Shown here piece after piece: positions 44,401 through 51,291 of a stretch of 64,000 nucleotides of DNA. The DNA comes from Clostridia bacterium (GTDB lineage: Bacteria; Bacillota; Clostridia; Christensenellales; CAAEEZ01). Location: positions 260,887-324,886 of the forward strand of contig CAAEEZ010000017.1 in the NCBI GenBank assembly GCA_900755035.1. The letters run 5' to 3'. Position 1 is the first letter of the stretch. The number at the start of each line of letters is the position of its first letter. The translations under genes and the position numbers were made by a program. The notes beneath the pieces are model-generated. The model did no database searches. It saw only the letters and a list, made by a program, of their open reading frames with translations, and was not told where the DNA came from.

Positions 44401-47299
44401 CGCTAGGGTCTGTTGAAAGAGCCGTATCTTCCATATATACTTTAATATCTATATACTTAAATATAAGTACATTTATATCGTAGTTTGCAATGGTGGTATC
44501 CCCGTCTTGGTACTCACCTACAACTATTTTCTTAGCGCCTTCCGAAACAAGCGGATTTTTGCCGTTTGCCGTTTGCTTAACGGCGTAGTACTCGTATACG
44601 TCGGTGTTGTCAAACTTAATGAAAATATATTGTCCCCTATGGAAAGTTTCGTTTTGTATATCTTCAAGTGACTTAGGCACTGCTATGCTTACGTCGGAAC
44701 TATCGCCAACTAGGAAAGTAACCATCGGAGGGATATTTTCGTTAGAGTGGCTTACAAGCACCTTGCCAATATCGTAATGTGTAGCGTCAAAGTCGATAGA
44801 CGGCGTAGTGATAGTAGATACGTTGCCCGCTTGGTCTGTTACGGTAAGCGTAATCACGTTGCCTGCCTTGTTTTCTAACGGCAAGAACACTTCTATTTGA
44901 TTATAGTTATTTTGCCTTACTTCAAAATCGCCAAAGTTATATTTAGCGTACACGTCGTTAATTAGCAAACCTTCTTTTGATGCATCTATTACCAGCCAAA
45001 TACCTTTGCCTTTTGTCGTATGGTCTTCATATATACTATCTGCAAAAGTATACCAACGCTTTTCTACGTCAAACAGATTGGATAATATTTCGCCGTTTTC
45101 GTCGGTAAACGGCTTTTTAACGTCCACCATAATTTGAGCGTTATCGGTGGTGATTACGTTTATATTTCTATATCCACCTTTTACGTAAACCTTTTCGTTA
45201 AATTCAGCCTTACCTACCATAAGCATTTTAGCGTCGAACGATGCGTAGTAATATTCGCTTTCAACGGTTAGATTATCTAATTTTACTTCTTCTTTTGCAA
45301 GCGTAATGGTTATACCGTTAAATGCAATAGTATTACCACTTTCGTTACTAAATTCAAAATTAGGCATGAAGTGATAAGTTTCGGTTAGGTTAAATTTAAC
45401 GTAAATTTTACCACCCGTTATCCAATTATTGCCAAATACTTCATTAGTTACCCAAGTTTCGCCTTGGCTTAGCATAAATTTGTCTATATCGATAACTGCG
45501 CCGTTATCATAGTCGATAACTAAGCCGTAGTATTCGGACATATTGCCAACTTTATCTCTTACCTGGTAGAACAATACGTACCTGCCGTATTTAGCCGTTT
45601 TGTCTTCGGCTGTAAATAAGTCGCTAATAATATCCGATAGCTTAAACGTGTAGGTAGTACCCGATATTGTTTTATTTTCAAGTCTGCCTTCTGCGTTTGT
45701 CGCAAAATTATTCAAATCGGCCTTGTTAAACGTATAAGTATCGTCTACTTTTTTTAGATACAAGTTGATATAATCTACTCCGCTTGGCATAGTACCGTCG
45801 TGGCTAGTATCACGAATGTTGCTTATCGTTATTTCTCTATTTGCGTCGTTTGTCGTAAACCAACTATCAATCGACATAGTAGCTTCGCTAGGTGCACCTT
45901 TGTCGATTTTAGCCACCGTAAAACGCACGGTTTCAAATTTAGTTGAACCACTTTTAGATGTAAGCCTTGCCTCATATTGTCCGTTTTCGTCCAAACCGGA
46001 GAATCTTAAAGTATATTTTTTCTTGCTATTTTCGGTATCCGTAACGACCGAAACGTCCGCTCTAGGTAACGCTTCGCCCTTCTTGGTGGTTAGGTCTCCG
46101 TTTGTTTTGAATATTTCTACCTTGTAGTTGGTTTGGTAATCACCATTTAGTTGATAATATAGTTCAAGGTCAACTGCTTTGTTGTCTTTTGTAAATTCGT
46201 TTGCTTTATCCACCGTATACGTAGGTGCTAGGTACGGCGACGTGTAGTTAAACGTAAGTTGAACTTCTTGTAGCAATAGTTCGTTATTCCAATCAAGAGC
46301 GGTTTGAAATATAGAGGCATTACCATACTCGGAATTTGCCGTAAGCACGGTAGCCGAAAGTTTTATCCAAGTAGAGCCGTTTAACGCCACTTCGCCCGTA
46401 TTTCTCTCAGACAAAGTATTTGCGCTTCTGCCCTTGTCGTTTATATCCTTGCTAACGTACTGACTGCCGCCTTTTCTGGTAAAATCGCCAGGGCCAAAAT
46501 TGTTATTATTTATTTCACCAACTTGAAGGTCAAGTACAAGTAGCGATCTTATTTGTCCCCAACCTCCCCTGTCTCCATGCCATACTTGGCATTTCATTTC
46601 GGCATTTGCCTTAACAGTTAGGCTATTAGCAAGTTCAGTAGGAACTTTTATGTAAGTGTAGAAGTAAGCGTTTGCTCTTTCCCAATCGTGCTTATCACCA
46701 TTACTGTTATAAGCGATATTAGTAGCGCCGTTCGCCCTGTAATGTATCCATTGCTCGTGCGAGTCGGTAGCGTGCGTGCCGTTCGATACTGTAATATCTG
46801 CGCCGTTATGACTACCGTATCCTTTCGTAATTCCTGTTCCAATTCCGAAATGGTTTATCATATCGCTAAGGGTAACGGTTTGCTTAAAATTACCTTTGGT
46901 AAACGTATCTTTGGTTAAGGTTTGTTTGTTAAAAATACCCTCGCCCGTAGACAAATCGTAGTAGTTCGGTAAGAATTGCATACCGCTTGCGTGACTAACT
47001 GCATCTTGGTTCATACCCGAAGTATCGGAACCTGCGCCGAAATACGCCCTGCTTAACTCGTTGTTGTGGAAAAACGTTCTAAAATCCTTAATATGACCGT
47101 CTGGCGCCCCTTCACCCGATAAGTCAATGATTTCACTGCTTGTATAGTACGATTGACTAATAGACGGGGTTTTGTTACTGTAAGACAACGCATACGTTTG
47201 CGTATTGTAAAATGGCGTTACAACGAACGCCGTTAAACACATCGCAAAAACAAGTAACATAAATGCGAATTTGCCATACCCCTTGCTCAATTTTCTCAT
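35405..47299 (-). CDS. giant (3964 aa) MBG-repeat surface/adhesin-like protein with C-terminal TM anchor
   Basis: It is one uninterrupted ORF with an AGGAGG RBS. It has an N-terminal signal/TM helix and a roughly 350-aa unassigned head. At least 15 diverged repeats carry K-x-[YF]-[DG]-[GN] and NY-x-[VIL] hallmarks. It ends in a hydrophobic helix plus HRKKKR, with no LPXTG. Confidence 0.85.
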   Translation of the reverse strand: MRKLSKGYGKFAFMLLVFAMCLTAFVVTPFYNTQTYALSYSNKTPSISQSYYTSSEIIDLSGEGAPDGHIKDFRTFFHNNELSRAYFGAGSDTSGMNQDAVSHASGMQFLPNYYDLSTGEGIFNKQTLTKDTFTKGNFKQTVTLSDMINHFGIGTGITKGYGSHNGADITVSNGTHATDSHEQWIHYRANGATNIAYNSNGDKHDWERANAYFYTYIKVPTELANSLTVKANAEMKCQVWHGDRGGWGQIRSLLVLDLQVGEINNNNFGPGDFTRKGGSQYVSKDINDKGRSANTLSERNTGEVALNGSTWIKLSATVLTANSEYGNASIFQTALDWNNELLLQEVQLTFNYTSPYLAPTYTVDKANEFTKDNKAVDLELYYQLNGDYQTNYKVEIFKTNGDLTTKKGEALPRADVSVVTDTENSKKKYTLRFSGLDENGQYEARLTSKSGSTKFETVRFTVAKIDKGAPSEATMSIDSWFTTNDANREITISNIRDTSHDGTMPSGVDYINLYLKKVDDTYTFNKADLNNFATNAEGRLENKTISGTTYTFKLSDIISDLFTAEDKTAKYGRYVLFYQVRDKVGNMSEYYGLVIDYDNGAVIDIDKFMLSQGETWVTNEVFGNNWITGGKIYVKFNLTETYHFMPNFEFSNESGNTIAFNGITITLAKEEVKLDNLTVESEYYYASFDAKMLMVGKAEFNEKVYVKGGYRNINVITTDNAQIMVDVKKPFTDENGEILSNLFDVEKRWYTFADSIYEDHTTKGKGIWLVIDASKEGLLINDVYAKYNFGDFEVRQNNYNQIEVFLPLENKAGNVITLTVTDQAGNVSTITTPSIDFDATHYDIGKVLVSHSNENIPPMVTFLVGDSSDVSIAVPKSLEDIQNETFHRGQYIFIKFDNTDVYEYYAVKQTANGKNPLVSEGAKKIVVGEYQDGDTTIANYDINVLIFKYIDIKVYMEDTALSTDPSVKTEFSYDGTDRTLVVKDASNENNEIVNGIISKYFAGGKWQGIKFVQAQGYAIDIDIKDTTDMFTMRSPKTFYVYINPKAVNVELQGDYTFTDKDGKKVITTEYGRNVTFNVEYKKNLVPEDQAYVNMVFGVLRNGIAVQELNNVEIGTYDLIFTKDKNNHGEDRSVNYKFNFVYNGKIIDLKLEVIRRKVNLVLENLPTLNYGGPFDLSNIVITLLDTDISDLATKPTADFNGKLELVNENGVTIKYNSPVGKYYFSASGLSLKENGKNFELVVDKTKYSIDLQPKTITLVVSDKILNVEYGTVPNFLATANLSFREGLVSGDNKDDILQYLQVSNIAEFTQTKDVGTYNLTYALKDNAVIKNYNVQFDTYQLTIRPKTLYVSLDVNKSVLEKTYDGVAISDFTKYLVANIDGITGFIGNDKEKYNFDNAKNAFTIKDEVKNANVYTIVAVDNYDALVTTTGTKNYKFVPQTDYKFTVKAKRVSATITGFTTAKGSETDFAKLHRPFLEPFADAISSITFTVIGEDNSKFAAYIGSELAVTFMNDTSKGVGSYKIVIRSTEKDAEGNLLNNYEVTHNEVYFYIDKALYTFNADNVITEKFGNIVYTGSAYVPEMVVTTDNGKTIRFNVFTKEAYVDAGTGYKLYIDVNSATVDDVNYSGVKFAKTEYDFEIKQLKLDVTIFEGLKYEKVFDNTQTYSFSFKVPGIVDEIIGNAQSMLDTVDAGSYSNRNIIGINYTGAKAKNYDFTAVKDIKGVTIVVKKRTVELSYNGSSVFGKNDATLKDTDFTYQNTIGEAKPTLKLVKDGANVDLTTSFADWFAQSGNLTIVVEDKNYEGSITISVRIFDGKEVVEITLKTDIANIVYSATGKKIEFSLPEGTTGDIIVTYYLGSVVDDAKKTESVVNAGEYVAVAEFSNDTQYGRKVVNFNVKPVEIDVKGSLATSQKLNKDFDGKTDITIALTDPNKNYGVGTENVTITVKGNFADKFIGENKTVSYASAMATSNGANLNNYLLVNGEGEMTEKGNITKRGATTPENALTAHLTLVNGAIKYGDKLNYTLSNNLLDGYEANVGGTLEYNTAVATGVKVVNKLHSEYYVINLSTDTIDIIKRDVKVFANNLTVSAGTDASNVSILAEFVGVLDVDSAAFRAIANKILKINETGALTVGEYVIVKNDFELTDPVLNNYNLIFTEIGGKVIVVGASVIAEFGYVHSGLIYSDAFDYNTLITNLLNSLKFTKLDGGEVVDITADKANLEIYFVDIRTGKEVDVRNANVGTLSVRVRYKENATKNYSVDDYSANSTKIAINPKRITLKYNPDFFSTNESGVFYKVFVYGFKQGNVKLSDVFTVVDEQGMTVSGFLNGKFLLHAPTNAIGLYNANTKYTIVLDSDADIWFTNDQNNTFRGNYLISEPTENNYFVRVEQKEITIGLGHKDKIVGKEFGNIDPSLDNYYFIPYGIISGDTVNFTKTSLSRVQGEDAGEYDFILNGTIDNPNYKLKTTGSSVATVTKFVITKRIIVVDEFIYNKEKEFDNTTDVGASGKYHYKNPMATNVDINTVVTFDGELSDINVASGKKVVFKLTINPDMLKNFTFELASGGVKVNGEVDTVNVSIENNEVILNNQTVNVTPANINISVPEILESIIAKEYNGTVDMSLTVTKDIPKSIEKFIDKLDVKAVFSQKDVGENLTVTFTVDAVTAIANFVSNVNVMVNNEKITFTTPANNTYNYLKNLQNAKITPFIIKAEGDSCVIKTYDKQVGINVSGDEAPMQDGFKYTFTDGSEVYLRPVLFGADKLDLIIDFKAIEFPEYNAGSYVLNVPAKLADGANPNYRFEDGALSGKIYIVGEILKRDVTIKINPAFQSEISKVYDGTTLVNVDLQPSDYIIEGIIDLDKDLVGIKATGGAGFIDEWAGIQKKIVLNGAELSDLNVSDDLELHENYNLVACGAIEGLTGTISPRPVNIDANGIVVYNTRYKGADGRKYFVNLIYSMIGGTKENVEVYMPLENDGILAKDEKYKLQLDMALMLDDGITGAAQDVYLNSNIAYGFKSTAYFVDETEKQNAIKAQQSYQIGNHADIFSNADSNGRRKLTKGRNVDTNLVPTGAKTYIKPFEITNSDITFTAEVFNKTYDGSNNLNPRIIALVRRSGYDFLKDEIRGINIKNTEGVYGSSNVGTYDITLELDTSNIEMVVSAITKSSWYTFAPDFVPFINVKSKIVPRVVNVKATVFDKEYDGTRNAINGKHYKLSISEAITGKLEGLMPKDKGQVEVLCDARYNTENVTDSAILTFSKFRFNTEFGNGVYKNYKIKVLQQGVQVEKVDFANCKIVPKKLTLVLSDLKLEYGDKLPSLSALNSLITITPNGFVGNDSLPDSFVNTIKFKYTSSKYFEGAILDANLRLNTTTGKYEANNKAISIDFQTDILKNYYIVVENADIEIAKLEVFITLDKESLLLTSKYGNNVNDILSLITFSNSKDAVLDANKLSRYIIIKGLPDALSNVGEYPLSIGLLTSTSGIDNYTFKVEEFNNAGYVYTINPATIEYRTDSMDYTFEYEQDQDYKKALLNKFAVTNVVENSYVVVNKILGVIENGEFVEKNVLLNEVSVFTNLAIKFVVHDSRVEKQNYEELVITLGKVEITPKKVVLNMKPYTTQFDANGGIQTYPDMNTSIPTLYKDVIKTFIIDANGNVVENVSAIGKYTVIAYSNDAKFRVSEQFASGFDTSKILDKVYRDKLNNGFAVANFNVTKIKVNVFIKQDEYVATSDSTKILEQFMKNITLDNKNLTSANIKLPNAQLLDFTKPTIKDISVSLIGQDVLGNSCDNYELVFVNSPTITIGTNKITDSENKDWTISSVDNGALEQNLVVNGVDYRVGNKHDIQSVFNKDSLMFNSDIVSADNVNFMVRVDGKLTEKVNVKLNVTGADTKKGFYLVNDFGVCKKIDNVKYVTEGGKTYAVFTTDELGWFVFADAEPNTTVIAASVAIGVMSAIIVALIVVLAVGLHRKKKRVFVNKK

Positions 47300-47379
47300 A
47301 AACTCCTCCTAGCACGGAATTTTTGTAAAATTTATATTATTTTTATAAAATTCCCAAAATATAATATAACTCTTAAATT

Positions 47380-47408
47380 ATTTTACATTACAAAATAAGT
47401 CAAGTCAA
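47380..47408 (-). promoter_or_regulatory. proximal promoter candidate of the giant gene
   Basis: On the minus strand it reads TTGACT (duplicated as TTGACTTGACT), a 17-nt spacer, then TAAAAT. It lies about 85 nt upstream of the ATG. Confidence 0.45.
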
Positions 47409-47945
47409 CACTAAACCCAAAAATACTTGCCATTTTTTACTCTTTTTTTGCTATTTTTTACTTAATTTTCTTTAATTTTTTTCAAAAGCACACAAAAGCC
47501 TACGACAATTAAACTGATAAAACTAAAAGCCGTGCGAATTTGCAAGCAAAACGACGCCTAAAATATAGCGTTATCGCTAGTTAGTTTTGGAAGTTTCGAA
47601 GTAAAATTTAGCAGTTTTTTGCTAACTAATTTTTGCTATATTCGTATCCGATTTTTCTGTTTGCAATAGGCAAAAAATACTCCATAAATGAACGCAAAAT
47701 TTAAGCGTTTCATTTTGTAGTATTCAACCGTGGAAATAAGCGAAACTGCAAAATGCCTAACTTTTCGCTAAATGAATAAGTAAAAAATGCTTTTAGCAAA
47801 ACAAAAACTAATTGAATTATAGTTTTTTTAACAAAATAAAGCCAATGAAAATGCACCTAATATACGAAATATTATACAAGCAACTACCTAACCGATACAA
47901 AACCAAACCTCTACTATTTAGTTGGGTTTTAGTGCATTTTTATAT

Positions 47946-47969
47946 AAAAACCGCTAGCCGAAGCTAGCG
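47946..47969 (-). terminator. rho-independent terminator of the yitT-like gene
   Basis: The stem is cgctagc / gctagcg with loop ttcg, then G and T5. A second weaker hairpin lies at 47901-47929. Confidence 0.7.
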
Positions 47970-47999
47970 AAAATAATCGTTATTACAAACACGCTTTAA

Positions 48000-49169
48000 T
48001 TATTTTATTTTCGAACTTGCATTTACCTGCACCATAAAGCCGTTACCCACTATTTCGTGGATATTGCTTACGTAGAAGAAAGCAGCAGGGTCTATTTCCA
48101 TTATTTTCTTTTTAAGTGCAACCGCCTCTCTCTTTCTAACTACTGCAACTATCATAGTACGTGGCTTTTTGGTGTACATTCCGTAGCCCTCAAACATCGT
48201 AGCAGACCTATGGAACGTTTCGGTAATTACCTTGCCAACCTCTTCTTTCTTTTCGGTTACTATCTCGAATTTAACGCTAGATACGAATCCACGTTGAATT
48301 TTCTCGGCAACGTAACTATTAACGAACAATGCTATAAACGAATAAATGGCAGTGGCAAGACCGTCACCAACGGGAGCGCCGCTAATAGGCGTTACGAATT
48401 GTTTTACAAGACCTGCCGCTATTGCCACCGTACTATCCAAGATAAGTATTAGCCACACTACCTTTACTTTCGGGAATTTGTTTTGGATAAGCAAGCCTAC
48501 TATATCGTTACCACCCGTCGAGCAGTTCGCCCTAAGTAGCAAGCCAAGACCAAAGCCGTTTAACGCGCCCGTACAAATTGCAGCCAAGAATACGTCGCCC
48601 TTAAAGGTAGGAAAATTGATTTGCGGTAGTTCGAACAATGCGATAAACGCCGAAGTTAGCACCGTTTCTATTATCGTATATAGTGCAAATTTTTTGTTTA
48701 GGAAAATAAACGCTAATACAAGCAACGGGAAGTTGAACGCAAACATCATAAAACCTGATGCGCTTTGAAGTGCGGGTACGTAGTTTGATAGTATCGTTGA
48801 AAGACCCGTAATACCGCCTGGGGCAACCATATTAGGCTTTGCAAACACCACGTAAGACATAGCCCTTATAATTGCAGCCACTATCAAAAACGAATAAATA
48901 AGCGTAAGCTCTTTTTTGTCGGCATTTTTTATTGCGTTCTTAATTCTAACAGAAAACTTTTCGTTGGTTTTTGGCTTTTTCTCTTCCTTTTCGGTCATCA
49001 CAATCGAACTACTTAACTTTTGGGTAGTAGTTTCAAACACGACGTCCTCGCCGTCTATATGCATTACTTCGCCTTCCACCTTCGTTTCTGCGCCGTTTTC
49101 TACGGCTACGTTTTCGCCGTTTATATGGCTTTCGTCCTTTTCTGTTGCTGAAATATTTTTCTCGTCCAT
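48000..49169 (-). CDS. YitT-family membrane protein (DUF2179 C-terminal domain) with acidic N-terminal extension
   Basis: AGAGGTGG lies before ATG 49169; the track start is a GTG. It has 5 TM helices and a C-terminal DUF2179-like block. Confidence 0.75.
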   Translation of the reverse strand: MDEKNISATEKDESHINGENVAVENGAETKVEGEVMHIDGEDVVFETTTQKLSSSIVMTEKEEKKPKTNEKFSVRIKNAIKNADKKELTLIYSFLIVAAIIRAMSYVVFAKPNMVAPGGITGLSTILSNYVPALQSASGFMMFAFNFPLLVLAFIFLNKKFALYTIIETVLTSAFIALFELPQINFPTFKGDVFLAAICTGALNGFGLGLLLRANCSTGGNDIVGLLIQNKFPKVKVVWLILILDSTVAIAAGLVKQFVTPISGAPVGDGLATAIYSFIALFVNSYVAEKIQRGFVSSVKFEIVTEKKEEVGKVITETFHRSATMFEGYGMYTKKPRTMIVAVVRKREAVALKKKIMEIDPAAFFYVSNIHEIVGNGFMVQVNASSKIK

Positions 49170-49253
49170 ATTCCACCTCTTTATCATAATCGGCACTTTA
49201 AGTGCGTTTTTTGCTATATAAAATATTATATTTTTGCAATTTGCCTATTTTTG

Positions 49254-50795
49254 CTATTCTATATCAATCACTTTTTCACATATTCTTTTTGCGTATTGTG
49301 GTTCGTGGCTTACCAGGATTATTGCGCCTTCGTATTTTTCTAGCGCTTCAAACAATCTATCCTTTGCGTTTACGTCCAAATGGTTCGTCGGCTCGTCTAG
49401 TATTAGTATATTCGTTTCCTTTTGCATTATTTTGCACAGCCTTATCCTTACCTGCTCGCCACCGCTTAGGTTAAGCATCGGCTTCGTTGCAAGGTCGCCC
49501 ACGATACCCACCTTTGCAAGTTCGTTTCGTATTTCGCTTTGGCTCATTCTTGGGAAGTTGTTGTTCATATACGTTACGGCGTTTTTATCCAGCCCACCCA
49601 TATCCAAGTCTTGCTCCAAGTAGCCTACTTTTGCGTTCACGTGGTAGGAGTAACTTCCGCCAAACGGTTTTAGCAAGTTCATTATCGTTTTTATAATAGT
49701 GGACTTACCTATTCCGTTCGTTCCCCTTATCCATACTTTGTCCGTTGACGACATCGTCAGCGAAAAAGCAGGCAAAATAGGTTTGTCGTAGCCAACTACC
49801 AAATCTTTTATCACTAAAAACTCTTTGCTAAACGCAGGCGAATACGGAAAATTAAATCTAGCGTCGCTAACTTTTATAGGCTTTTTCATTACGTCTATTC
49901 TGTCTAGCATCTTCTTTCTCGAATTTGCCATGCCAGCCGTTGCCGCTCTCGCCTTGTTTCTTGCGATATAGTCCTCCATCTTCTTTATTTCACGCTGTTG
50001 TCTTTCGTAGGACTCCTCGTATTGCTTAGCGTTAGCGTCACGCTGTTTCATAAACTCGTCGTAATTGCCCGTGTACTTTTTCATTTGCTTGTTTTCGATA
50101 TTTATTATTATTTTGCACACCCTATTCAAAAAATCGGTATCGTGCGAAATAAGAATAAACGTACCTTCGTAACTTTCTAGGTACTTAGCAAGCCAATCTA
50201 TGTGTTCAAGGTCCAAAAAGTTGGTCGGCTCGTCTAGTAGCATAGCGTCTACGTCCTCTAAAATAAGTTTGGATAGTAGCACCTTCGCCCTTTGACCACC
50301 AGACAAATTTTTAATAGGCGTATCGTAGCCTATCGCATTTAGCCCAAGCCCGTTACCCACCTTTTTCACCCTAGATTCAAGGTCGTAAAAGCCTTTATTA
50401 GTAAGGTCTTCTTGCATCGAACTACTTTTTAGTATCAGTTTATCCATCTCGTCGTAGTCGGTAGTAGTTTCAATTTGCTTGTACACTTCTTCTAGCCTAT
50501 CGTTAAGTTTGTACAACTCCTCAAAACTAGTTAGCAAATATTCCATCACCGTTTTAGTCCTATCGATATCGGCGTGTTGGTCTAGGTATCCGTAGCGAAT
50601 ATTTCTGTTCCACAAAACTTCACCTTCGTCTTGCATCACTTTTTGACACAAAATTTTCATAAAGGTGGATTTGCCTGCGCCATTAAGACCCACAACGCCT
50701 ATATGTTCACCGTTGTTAATATTTAGCTCGGCATCTTCAAACAGTAATTTATCGTCGTATACGTGCGTTAAACCGCTAATAGAAAGTATGCTCAA
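49254..50795 (-). CDS. ABC-F family ATPase (translation-associated; subclass not assignable)
   Basis: It has two cassettes (GLNGAGKST/LSGGQ and GTNGIGKST/LSGGE), a linker and no TM helices. AAGGAGA lies 7 nt before TTG 50795. Confidence 0.85.
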   Translation of the reverse strand: MSILSISGLTHVYDDKLLFEDAELNINNGEHIGVVGLNGAGKSTFMKILCQKVMQDEGEVLWNRNIRYGYLDQHADIDRTKTVMEYLLTSFEELYKLNDRLEEVYKQIETTTDYDEMDKLILKSSSMQEDLTNKGFYDLESRVKKVGNGLGLNAIGYDTPIKNLSGGQRAKVLLSKLILEDVDAMLLDEPTNFLDLEHIDWLAKYLESYEGTFILISHDTDFLNRVCKIIINIENKQMKKYTGNYDEFMKQRDANAKQYEESYERQQREIKKMEDYIARNKARAATAGMANSRKKMLDRIDVMKKPIKVSDARFNFPYSPAFSKEFLVIKDLVVGYDKPILPAFSLTMSSTDKVWIRGTNGIGKSTIIKTIMNLLKPFGGSYSYHVNAKVGYLEQDLDMGGLDKNAVTYMNNNFPRMSQSEIRNELAKVGIVGDLATKPMLNLSGGEQVRIRLCKIMQKETNILILDEPTNHLDVNAKDRLFEALEKYEGAIILVSHEPQYAKRICEKVIDIE

Positions 50796-50823
50796 TGTAT
50801 TATCTCCTTCGTTTTCCTTGCAT

Positions 50824-50852
50824 ATTTTATAAAATAACAAAACAAAAGTCAA
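50824..50852 (-). promoter_or_regulatory. ABC-F promoter: TTGACT-17 nt-TAAAAT
   Basis: These are minus-strand hexamers at 50847-50852 and 50824-50829. They lie inside the 5' extension of the ORF-track call, which supports the TTG start. Confidence 0.55.
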
Positions 50853-51291
50853 ACGCTTTAAGCATTATAATATTATTATAACAAATAAAACTAAGTTTGA
50901 GGCTAAAATATCGTTATTAAATCACAGACTACTAGGTAAAATTTCTTCTTTTTTAACTTTTAACTTTCTACACAATTATGTTAACTAAAATTTACCCTAA
51001 AATTTACTTTGCCACCATCTTCGTTCTACCACTTCTTTTACGTAGTAAAAATTGCTTTATATTAGCGTAAACCATATTTAATACACTTATTTTGATACTT
51101 AAAATATTATATTTTGCTATATTAAGTAAAAAAATAGATTTTCACCAAATGAAAAATTAAAAAAATTTTGAGATAAATTTTAAGTTAATAAAAAAAGCGA
51201 AGAATTTTGCCTATCGTTGTTGTAATAATATTTACGTTATGCTATAATAAAATATATTTTTGTAATAACATATTTTTTGGAGGCTATATAT

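Noticed and set aside
35405-47299. The giant ORF as an assembly artefact, a pseudogene or a fusion of several genes.
   Set aside because: The frame is continuous for 11,895 nt in AT-rich DNA where stops are frequent. It has a single SD/ATG, a signal peptide at one end, an anchor plus terminator at the other, and no nucleotide-level repeats that would promote misassembly. All overlapping ORFs in the track are short (60-103 aa).
47636-47713. 25-codon hydrophobic minus-strand ORF (MKRLNFAFIYGVFFAYCKQKNRIRI) resembling a type I toxin.
   Set aside because: It has no SD, no obvious antisense RNA promoter or terminator, and no dedicated promoter. Such ORFs arise easily by chance in AT-rich DNA.
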